Origin: Styela clava
Taxonomy: Eukaryota
NCBI RefSeq assembly: GCF_964204865.1
Contig: NC_135263.1
Location: 6,448,001 to 6,512,000 of the forward strand
DNA: 64,000 bases
Direction of reading: 5' to 3'
Part shown: positions 39,579-51,700 of the stretch, piece after piece
Position numbering within the stretch: position 1 is the first letter of the stretch
Layout of the letters: each line of letters opens with the position of its first letter
Notes under the pieces: generated by a model
Seen by the model: the letters and a program-made list of their open reading frames with translations, nothing else
Database searches by the model: none
What the model was told of the DNA's origin: nothing
Translations under genes and position numbers: made by a program

Positions 39579-42500
39579 CTAACTAATGAAATTATGCAAA
39601 ATCCACTCTTTGTGAGCTGCGACTCTTGCAAAGTACTTTGGCACATTGAGTTTTCCGCACGGTGCAACCTGGAAACTTGCTACTCCAACAACATAGTTGT
39701 TTCCATTCCATTCACATACAAGAGAACTTCCATCATCGCCCTAGAAAATCAATACAGTGTGATTGTATACCATAATTACATTACCCTATCAGTGACATGT
39801 ACGATTAAAATATTATAACAATCTAATTGAAGCCTTCATTCTTCAAGTAAAATCAACATGGGATTTACCTTATATCAACATTGAAGATTGAACAAGTAAA
39901 ATAGTTTTATGCAAAGGGAAGGAAGGAATGAAGAGTCCCAAAATAGCAAATAGAGGAATCTTACAAAAAAGGTTGTGAACCAGTGCCACAAATTATGTAA
40001 AATGAGTATAATGGCAGGAGATATGTTGAATAAAAATTGGACAATTTTAAACTTTGAAACAATATACAGACAAAAATGTAAAGTCATTATACTCGATCTT
40101 TAGATTCATTCATTCAAGATTCAATTAGCGGTTAAGTTCACTGCAGTTCTACTTTGTTTTCGGTTACCTTTTTGCCAGAACGTCTATTAGCATAATTGTT
40201 GCAACATTGCCAATCTTTGATAATGTTATGATGGTATTAATATAGCCTAGTAACTTACTGGGAGTGAGAAAAGATCAAGTTTGGGAATTGTTGTATTGTA
40301 TTTGTAAAAATTTTAAGATCAACACATTGAGAATGAGGTACTAGATGAATGCAATGCAACAAGTGTTGAGATGGGATTCCTATATATACTAAATAGACAA
40401 TAACTTAAACTGAAAGTTCAAGGATAATAATATATAATGACTTGTGGCCAGATTGAATAAAAGTCCCTGAACTGCAAGTCACGAGTCAGCTGAGTCAATC
40501 ACTGAGTTATGTTAAACTGGTGGTTAGTTGAGTCTGAGCCATTTCATTTGGATGACACAAGTCTTTGATAAATGGCTGAGTTAATACCTCAAGCACCCCA
40601 AACACTGCCTGAGACAATGCAATTTCAACAACCATTATTCTTTATTAACATGCTATTGCACTTGAAGAACGAATATTATTCTTACAACAACCCACAGTAT
40701 GTTTTGAGATGAAACTTACATCACAAAGAGTTTGCTGCGTTCCATCAAAATGCCCAGCACATATTATCGAAGTTGTATTAATTGTTCTTCCAAATGATGT
40801 TGTTGACAATGCATCACAATGGTCATCAGATAGTACTGGTAGTTCTATTGAATGAAGTGGTTGAATACCTGAAAATAATTGAACATGAATATTACCGAAA
40901 CTTTGACTTTCTAAAATTTGTAGGTTGCGATTCCAGAATATATTTCTGAATGGGTGGCGAGAAATATTCAATCTCCGTACAATATAAGCAGAGCTGGTGT
41001 CCTTTCTTCCTGTTTTTTTTTTCACAAAGCTTTTCAGACTTGTATACTTTATGCTAACCATATCTCATGAATAATACAATGTGTATATAATCACTGGGAA
41101 CAACTTACTTATGAGAAGTTACTTTGCATTGAATTAGTTCAAAACATTTACGCTGCTTACCTCCGTTACCTTCTGCATCCCAACCAGCCACTCTACAATA
41201 CTGCTTTGCTATTTCTATTCTACCAAAATTTGAGGAATCCGATACCACATGAGGGTAAGGAAGGCATGCAACTGATGCATCAAGAGTAGATTTAACAGCA
41301 ATCTGAAAGTATAGACATATTTTTCATCAAAAATTCTTGATGATTATAATTTATGAATCAGTTAATACTTCTATTTTTATAGTGGGCAACAAGCAAAATC
41401 AGGTTGCAAAACATAAAACAAAATTTCTGTTTCTTTTTAAATTTCTGTCTATTTAAATAATAATGACTCAACATCGCTTGAATGTTGAGCTTGTAGCCCG
41501 TTAGCGATTACATGATCCATCCTGTCAGAGCAGACTATAAATTCGCAATATGCCATTACGATGCATTTGCAGACTCCTCATTACGATTATAACCTATAGT
41601 CATATTATAATTACCGTACTGGAAATAAAAGCGTTAAATAAAATTGTATAATGCTAGTCCATCAGAAATTTCTGTGTTCATTTTTAGCGCAATTGAATGC
41701 TGATATATAGACAAATACAAACCCATTGACTTATTAAGAGGTCTGGCTAACCTTGATCACCGCAATATCATTATTCATGTTGTCATCAAATTCAGGATGA
41801 ACATGAATATTTTTAATTCTCACTAAAGTTGCTCCATCACTTGTATTCATTGATTGTTTGTTGTCTGTGTTTTGAGCCGTAAATACATGGATAAGATTCA
41901 GCAAGATTCGCAGGCTTGATCCTCCATAACCAACAATGACATCTGACATGCTTTAGATTTAAATTTCAGATATATGTAAAAATTGTTAGTAGGCAGAAAA
42001 TAAACTTAGGAAATAAACAAACGCTGACTTATAAACAAATTTACACGATGGCCTAGTGGTTAAAGAGCTATACCCTAATTGTGTTGGCATCGCATGTTAT
42101 ACTTCTCAAGTTCGAATCCCATGCCCACCACCTCACCCAAGGTGTAAGAAAAGATTCGGTCCATCCAGAAACAGTAGATCCTTGCATATCGTTGGATATC
42201 AGTGGCTGCTTTTAAAGTTCATTGCTTGGAATGAAAGCATCAAATAAAAAAATCAAATCTGCCTACAAAATGTTATTACTGAAAATTGAAAAATTCTTTG
42301 CCAAGTTCATCTTTAAAACTATATGATAATTCTAAATAAAACAAACAAAAACACTCATTATTTCTTTTCTGAAGTTATTAGAACTTTAGTTAGGTTGTTG
42401 ATCAATTGGAAGAATAATTTGTATTTTTAGTTATATTCTTTATAAAAACAACTATGCAAGAATCGATATGAATTTATTTTAAATCTTAAATTCTTTTTCC

Positions 42501-42713
42501 GGAATTGATAATAAATCTACTACCTTTCTTTTGTTAAGTCTGATACACAATGAGCTGCTGTTATCAGGTACTGTGAGTGAACAAACGTTGCGCCACATAA
42601 ATGCTGTTGTCCTTGTAGAGATATTAAACTTGCATGCCAAGGAACCGATGATACTTCAGTTTCTGTGCCACCAACCAAACGTCCTTTCTTTTTTCCAGCT
42701 ACTGATGCACAAT
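39579..42713 (-). CDS. Mosaic gene: S1A trypsin-like domain, predicted non-catalytic (exons 42524-42713, 41752-41950, 41161-41302, 40720-40868, 39579-39740)
   Basis: DCASVAGKKKGR|LVGG...PWHASL...HLCGATFVHSQYLITAAHC; HPEFDDNMNNDIAVIK; ACLP...CRVAGWD; IICAG...TLCD|GDDGSSLVC...VVGVASF...FARVAAHKEWI*. Confidence 0.92.
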
Positions 42714-45700
42714 CTATTAATTGGTAAATGATAAGTGTTGTTAAAAAAAAAATAATTTAAAAGTCAATTGTATTTTAAACTTAAAAACAAACAAGTTGTC
42801 TCTAGTGTTGATGAGGCGTCATTCATTGACTCAAATTAAGCTTGAGTCGCCATCTACCAAAATCTAAAAAAAATATCAAAATTGGGAATTCCTTCAATGA
42901 GATCGATGTGCTTGCATATTATGTACGAAAGATCAAATCTTGGCTCCATTTTGGTGATGATGGGTCGTCGTACTGGTTACAAATCTTTCAAATTTGATCA
43001 ATATTTTGATTCAACACAAGTTAATGTAAAAAAAAAAGCCAATTGAACCCTTTCCGAGCCCCCAGTTTGAAGAACGCTGATCTAAATGATATGATTTCGT
43101 ATGATATGATACGTCATCGACCACAAGTACACTGACACTGAAACGTACGCCAACCCTGAAAGACATTTAGATAACATATGTGATTAAACTGCCTACCTTG
43201 GCCATAAGTAAAATTTCCCCACCAGATGAATGGCCTGAGAGTACCTATAATTTGGCATACCTAACGGCATTGTTCAATAGACAATAGTAAAAAGAATATA
43301 GTTCAGAATAACCTGCTAATTTCTCAGGTAGTTGCTCTGTATCCCATGTTGCTGAAAAACCAGTTGCAACAAAGTCATTATTGCTGAAGAATCGAATTAA
43401 CATTTTCCCATTCATGCTAATGAATGGACCCAGGGTTGTTTTCCATTGTCCTGAAAATAATTTTTTCAGTCATTCAAAAAACAAAGACTATCTTACTAAT
43501 ACTCTGACATGTATGGAAATAATAGTGCGCTTAAATTTACCACACTATGTGCCCGTCAATTATTGTCAGCTTATCCAGACTACACAAAGTTTTGACATCA
43601 AATATTGGTATAACAGTACCTAGAATGGGTTCAAAACATATTACACCAATTTTTTTGTGATAAATCTTGTTTTACTGAATGACTGATTCAAACCATGGGC
43701 ATACAGATAAAAAGTTATGTTTTGCATCAAAGAAAGATAAAAACTATTGATGTATAATGGAGTAGAGTAAGAATATGAAGTAAGATTCCTGGTAAAATTG
43801 AGAGGTTCGTACAGATATTGCTATTATTTTTCAAAGCAAAGACAAAAGTCAATCCACAGTGTGAGATCTATTTTACTTAAAAGTGCTAAGCTGAATAAGA
43901 ATGCGTCCAGATCTATTCTTATGAATGTAAAGTATAAAGTTAAATGAAATTATTATATAGCTGACCACAAATTCGCCCAAGAACATTAGAATTCTCCAGT
44001 GAGGAGTCATCTCCATCAACAATTACTAAACTATCTTCAGTACATCTTCCATATTCATTTGGTTTGGATTTCCCAATGTCAACATTGTGTAACCACAGAT
44101 ATATTTTTTTCCCGGGAGCTAAAAAAATGTATGAGGTTGGAAACATGATTGATAGATATCCAAGAATATAAAATTTGCGGTTATGTGGCAAGATGATCTG
44201 ATTTATTTTATTATTAAGACATCAAGAATGTCAAGGATGACAAAATTTGCATACAAATAATTTGCATTGATTAAACTGTGAAACATAATTCATGTGTTGA
44301 ATTATCAACAAGTTAAACAGGTATTGCGCACCACTCACATAAAATGCAAATAAGATTAAATAAAAAAAAATTTCGATAGATATCATTCAATCAAAATTAT
44401 AATTTTCTTATTTGTCAAAGGAGAATTTAATAAAAACAAGATTACAACACTCTCACAGAAGTAAAGGATACTCATTTCATAGCAAAGTTACAGGAGACAA
44501 CTAAAATTTCAAAAGCTGTTTGGGTGAGAATTAATATTCTTGTTATATTTGTTAATAAGTACATATTTTACAACAGTATAAGCATAGCAGTCAGTCCAAT
44601 GATTTTGATATAAAGATGTGATTGTGCAAATATGCGTCATCTGACCAGCAATTGCATAAATAATGCTGAGATAACATGAAGTCTACCAATCTTTTGAAAA
44701 TGATCATAACCCACAAAATTAAAAACGGTGATCCTCATGTAGAGCAATATATTGAAGAAATGGCGAGTGTGTTCCTATGTAGAACAACTATCGAATCGCC
44801 AAATAAAGGAAACTTCCTCAGTGATTAAACACATGACATTGATATATTATCAGAGCCTATCAAAGAGAAAACAATTATAATACAAATGAAGATTACCAGA
44901 CAAATACCTATAATAGTCCAGTCACACAAAATATTCAATCTATATTTCAAAGGAAATCCTGGGCTACTGAATACTCCACTGTCACTGGATAAAACTCCAC
45001 CACACATCTGCCTAAAGAGATAAATAATAAATTAATTTTTGGTTTTCTATATTTCAGGTCACAGAAAAATAAGAATTTTCTAAATCAATAACATGAAACT
45101 GCCTTTCAAGCAAAAACAAGCTATTTTCTCGTGAGAGGAAATGCGTTAAGATGGCTTAATCATAGAGCTAGGTCTCGTCTGATTAGCAGCCCATGTTGGG
45201 TAAGGGATCAGACAGGTATTTTTCATTTCCAGATGCATGTATGATAAATGTAAATAGCCTATAGTTGTTAAGAAAAGAATTAGGATTTTTGATTGGGTTT
45301 TTATTATCAATACAATCCTATAATGCCCTAACATGAAGTGTTGCTGCTGTATCTGGGCTGCTGCTACCGTAACTTTAGCTCTAAACTATTGGTGAATTGC
45401 ATTTTCACCTAGTTCACAGGTTCTCCATACGGAGCCTCGAAGCTTCGTGAAAAAAACCTAGGGAGCTTGATTATCAAAATAGATGATGCCATATTTCAAT
45501 TACCGCCTTGTTTCCACATTTTGACACCTCTTTATCAAAATGTCAACTGTCAAATTTGCGGGGTTTCGTAAATAATTGTATACCTCTTCCGGGCTTTCAT
45601 AACACCGAAAATCTGAGAACCCCTGACCTAGTCTGGCTTCATTGTAATCCACAACTATCTCAAACTGTTCAATTGGTCAAAATTTCATAGCCTTTTACTT

Positions 45701-48700
45701 AATACAATAATAGGCGCGCCACCTACTTACCTGCATACAGAATTCTGAAGAGACATATTGTTATTACTTTTAAACATATCCATAGAATCAACTTCAACTG
45801 CTTCCCAGTCTAAACCTTGATCAACGGGTAATGCAGTAAGTTGAATAACTGACGATCCACTATTCCAAACTTCCATTTTTTCCGTCACTATATGAAGCAT
45901 ATATTGTTGAAGCTCGGTGTCACCACATGTGAACACCTGGAAGTATGTGAACATTTTTATCTTAGAAAATAAGGAACTCAATGAAAAATCATGGTCAATA
46001 TGGCAAAATTTGAGCTATTGTTCGTTCTGATATCTCATTTATATATAAAAGTACATGAGAACAATCAAGAGTACGATATTAATATGCATATTCATGCTAT
46101 TGTTAAGGGCACAAACTGATAACAATCAAGTTAATCAAACATTGAATACTATGATGATGTGTTACATAATGCCTCCCATATTTCTTGATCACTCAGTTTT
46201 ATAGATTTCAAGATCACAAACTTCTTGAACAAGATAAGGGTTGCCATAAGAAAGCTTATATAAGAGAAACTTCTTCAGACTACACAAGATATAACCTAAT
46301 CAAACAGCAAATTTATTCTATTATTTTCTATGAGAAGAAATTTTATTTTAAATAAAATATGATCTTTTATAAAAGTTCCGAAAAAGTTAATCCCTTTTTC
46401 AGCTCAAGTGAAAAATCTTCATCTCACCCACCTGACCACTATCTTCAAGATCACATTTAGCCAACCCAAGTAAAATACCTCCATCCCGTCTCATTGGACT
46501 CCAACATAGATTAGATGAAACACTTCGAATCAATTTATAATTAAACCAAGTCCATAACTGAGATAAATTAATTTTTGAACATGATGCAGCAGATGCTTGA
46601 ACAACATATTCATTAGTAACACTAGCCTGTAAATAAAATATATAAAATACTGTAAATACAAGATTTGATTAAGAATATTATTAAGTAATTATTGTTCATA
46701 ATTATCATATGGCAAACCACAACATCTTACGATGTCACTATGCCTTTTTAGGTATAGGAATTATAAGGATGTTTGAGAATGTTTTTAAAAATTATCTATT
46801 TTAACTTCTGGTTATGTGTTCTTGTGGCATTTAGCTTATTATGCTAATACTTGAGACTCAGATTCAAAAGACTGAAATTCAGATGAGCGACTCAGGGTTT
46901 AGTGACTTATACTCAACACTGCAATTAATACAAAACTTATTCTGGCACAGATTAGAACATGAAAATACCTGAAGACAAATATGAACATCGTTTGAATAAC
47001 GCTGTCGGATCAGAAAAGGATTGCTTACAGATTCATTACCTAAAATTAAAGGTATTTGTCAAATTCAATAATTGATTTTAATTGTTAAAAGGTACACAGT
47101 AAAAAATGGAGAAAAGGCATAAAGAATTATTATTGTATAGAAATTGCTCAAAAACTTGGAAATGATTGTTCATTCAAATTGTGACAGTTTAAAGTAACTA
47201 CTCCAATGATATTTCAAAAAAATTGACACAGCATTATGGCAATAAGTAAATTACCTAGGGGTGGAGACTAGAGTCGATGTCAGACCTGGAGACTGGATCC
47301 AAGCCTACCATATTAGATAGAACTGAAGCTGAAATTTTGGTGGCCCCAGGTCCAATTTGATTCCAAACCAGCTAACCACCCTGATTCTAGTGAAATTAGT
47401 AAGTAAGATTATTTCGATTTTCCATAAAAAAGTCACAAACAAACAAAAGCCAGGAGGGAAAACCGCAAAACAGACAAAATTTAAAAAAAAATTCGCAAAA
47501 ATATAATTTCTATCAGCAAACACATAAGTTTAAATTCTGATAATACGTCTATATTTAGGTATTTGTCTCATATACGAATACATAAAGAAAATATTCAATT
47601 TGGAGATTATGTATATAAGACCATTTCGGCCCAATACACATGTGTACAACCTTGCAGTTAAGAACAGAATGAATAAAAAAAAATATTGGTTACATGAACA
47701 AGCAGTTGTATTTAGAATTTTCAAGGGTTGCAATAATCACCTCTGCCATCTTCGTTTTGACAACTGAAATTGATTTCCGACCATTTTCCATTATCAGTAC
47801 ACTCTACTCCAGCAATTTCATCTTCAGATACCATTCCAGCAACACAGGTCAAAGTACATTTTGTTCCTTTTGGTTGCCACAGTTGTCCACAGCTGCTTGG
47901 TTTTACCAAAACACCCATTTCTGACATAAATGCAGGACATTGTTCTGTGTGATAGATACGATAGAATAGAATTATTTTGCAAAATGTTATATTGTGCTAA
48001 TATAGCGTAACGTTTTAACTACACTAAAGTGTGAGATCTATTTCATGCTGATTGTCAAACACACAAATTTTCTTCTTTTTTCAAAAGAAAATAGTTTTTT
48101 CCTGACATGTGAAGTTGCTGAATTCATAGCATTCAGTAAAATTCACAAACGACATCGATTAACCTAAGAGACAACAATCTTAAAAACAAACACAAAAATA
48201 AAACACACTTACTTTCACAAACTGGTAGTCCTCCATCCCACTTGTTATCAGAATTACAACTTCTTGAAACAGGTCCACTGACTAAACTGCACCCAGCACC
48301 ACATATAACAGAAACCTGTGATCCAGGAATGACTGCTTCATCTTTATATCTAAAATAATGAAAATAAAATAATGTAATCACAATTACTAAATTTTGTATG
48401 TGATATCCAAAAGGGTGATTCAAAAAAAAAGAACCCATAAATTTCCTAAATACCTTTTTACTAAGAAAATTGATTTAACACCTGAATTTCTGTTGGTGTA
48501 TGATGTTTCATTAATCTAGAACAGTGGTTCCCAACCGCCGGTCCGCAAAGCTTTTTTGCCGGTCCGCGAGAAATTTCGTTGTTTTTATGCCGTCTCAATC
48601 GCTTTATCGTAGACAAAGTTGCGTTGGATCATTACGCAATTCTCTTCCGCCCTCATATTGCGACGTCTTTCGCGACATGTTGGCGCCGTCTTACGCGACA

Positions 48701-51700
48701 TCTTGACGCCGATCATTCACACTTTTCGCTTTTTCGGCTCCGATTCATCGCGAATGCGCTCCATCAAATCTCGCAAAATTAAGATGCCTAAAAATCGGCA
48801 CGCGTGCTTTTTCTGTTTTGCGTGCTTTTCCTGATTAATATGACCATATATATAAATCGTAATGCATATCTCCTTGTTTAAACCAGAAAACAGTCAAAGA
48901 ACAGTGTAATATTTCAGTAAGCTTTGCGACCCAACAGGTGGTCACGTGACACGCAAAAAAAGCATGGGCCGCAGAGATATTTTCCAGACACAGTAGAAAT
49001 TTGAGCCTGTTGCCAAGTTATCGACGACCCTGTCATTGTAAAGCAAATTCATTTCGTTTGAGGCGTCGATCAACTGCAGAGGGAAGATGATGAACCCAAT
49101 CAAAAAGAAAAGGCTTGATTAAAATGGTGACTCTACTTTACAGTTCAGATTAAAAAAGAATTACTTATCACGATTTTAGATATCTCCTGATAACGAATAC
49201 CCATCGCCAGGTTATCGAGCAATCAAACTGTTGTCCGTCTTTCAGCCAGTGACTGCTTAATGCGAAAAAACATTTTCATCACTAGATTCAATTAAAACGA
49301 AGCAAAGAAATCGGCTGCACGCGGCTGAAGAGTTACGTGTTGCAAAAACTTCTTTGAGGCCTCGTTTGCAATCTTATATTGGAAACGAAACAGCAGCAAA
49401 ATTCTCACATGAGTTAATTGCATGTGAGTGCAATGAGTTTGTGCATGTTTTCATTGTGAGATATTCTATGCGTGCCTTTCTTACGCATAATGGGTGCCCA
49501 GCACTGCATGTCATTACGCAAATATATGATATTATTTTATGTTTCACCCATTTTTAATTTTTGGTCAGCACATTATTTGATAGTTTTTCTCCGTGAGAAA
49601 TGTTTTTAAGTGTGCTTTTTTGTCTAGAAGCATATTGAGTGCAAATATTTGGTTATTCTTTTCTGTTCCGGCCATTTCAATTTTTTGCCGGTCCGCGAGT
49701 ACATTTAATCTAATTTTACCGGTCCGCTGATCTAGGACACTTTGCACAAATTATGTTCTTTTTAGATGATGTTCCTCATGATTTGGGCTCTGTTTGTTTG
49801 AGTCCCCCTGATTGGTTTATTTGATATCAAGAAAATGGTTCCATTACATTCGAACCCACGACAATTGCACCTGCATACTATTGCACCTATGTAAATTTTT
49901 TTTGTTTTACGGATATTTGAACCCATACTGACCCTAACCCATGGGTTTTAGCACACGCATATAGATTGAACCCACGGATATACACATGGGTTCGAATGTA
50001 CGGTCAACCAAGAAAATAATGTGTCCCTGTTTAGGTAGCTTCAGAAACAATTTCCTGATGCATCTGGAACAAATAACTGGCTAACTACCCAACATGGACT
50101 GGTAACCAGTCTAGAGGCTGTGGACACCATATGATTAAGCTGTCTAATCTCCTCTCCCCTCACTCTGGATAAATATGAAAATCCTAACATATCTTTTTCC
50201 AGGGAAAAATAAAAAATTAAAAATGGTTACTCACAAATCATGATAAACAATGTTCATGGGGCAATCTCTTGTTGAAGATATCAATGGACAAGCATTCAAT
50301 CGAATACAACTCGGCAAAGGATGACTCCAATTGCCATTTGAACAAACCAGAGAGGAAGCTCCACTCAGAACATAACCACTTTCACATCTATTGATAGAAA
50401 ATATAGAGCTTAAAAATTGAAATCTACATTTTAAAAAAAATGTTTGAAAAAACAAAAAACAAGACCTTAAATAAAAGAACATACAAAATAATATATCAAT
50501 TTTTTATACCCCAAAAATTCTCAATCAATTGACCAGAGGTTTGAGTTCGAAAATTGCCCAACGTTTCAATTATTTTGTATATGCCCGAAGTAGTCTATGC
50601 TGTGTGTTCTATATTTAGATATGTAGTGTTGTCAAACGAACTCCCTTTTGTATACTTCACTCTTACTCCTGTTACTCCCTATACCCTCTGGCCATTGCTT
50701 TGCCTATTAGCCCTCAACTGAATGTATAACTGACTATACTGTTCATATTTTATTCTGTCCAATATTTGTCTGAAGAGGTTCGTGCCGCAATTTGTGATTT
50801 AGGTTAATATGGTCTTGTGCATGCATCCCATCTCGAACATAATAATACCTTATCTATATTATCGTTACAAGATGACTGAACATACATACACATCATACAT
50901 ATAACTTGATGCTGACCAATGCTACCTATTGATAAAATTGAGATTATTTTTTAACTCACTGAAACTGACAGACATTCTCTTCATAATTGTCATCTGTTTT
51001 ACATCTGGTAGGATAAACAATTCCATTGTTTGGTGCTCGCAAATTTTTGCAATATTCTTTAAAGAAATATCAGTAAATGATATGCAGATATGGGGCTTAT
51101 GCGGTGGTTAGCGCATTGTGATAAACCCTAGAAACATGCTTGTCATCACACCTCCCATTACCCTGCATAATCATGTACGAGTCTATTGCTGGCCTCCTTT
51201 TTAGTCAAGGGTGATTCACATAACCACTGGTCAGGTATGGCCTTCTCTAACATAAAGTCCATGCATCTGAAACAAGCAACGAGTTAACTTAACCCATAAC
51301 CGACATTGACCAGTAACTGGAATTACATTGACCAGTAACCGGAGATGCTGTAGTTCCCCATAATGATTAATATGAAAATCTTATTTTAAAATATCAGACA
51401 AGCAACAGGCAATAAAATGTGTTCCCCTTCAATAAAAAAAAAAGAAATTTTTTTTGGTGAAACATTGGTTCCCAGACTCAATGGAAATTGAAAAAAAAAG
51501 TGATAGTCTTCCAGTGGTAGAGAAAGGTGATTTTTTTCTCAATAACAACATCAAAAACCCTAAACAAGAATTTAGTAATTATATTAAGCAAGCTCATTGA
51601 TCTTGGTCCTTACCGTATCGGTACCGATTTCATCATTGCTCTCTTGTTTCTATGACAATCATATCAAAATGTTTATAGTGAATATAATAAAATAAACAAT

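Noticed and set aside
50530-50900. Compositionally distinct intronic block, possibly a LINE 3' fragment
   Set aside because: No open frame, reverse transcriptase motif, TSD or second copy in the window.
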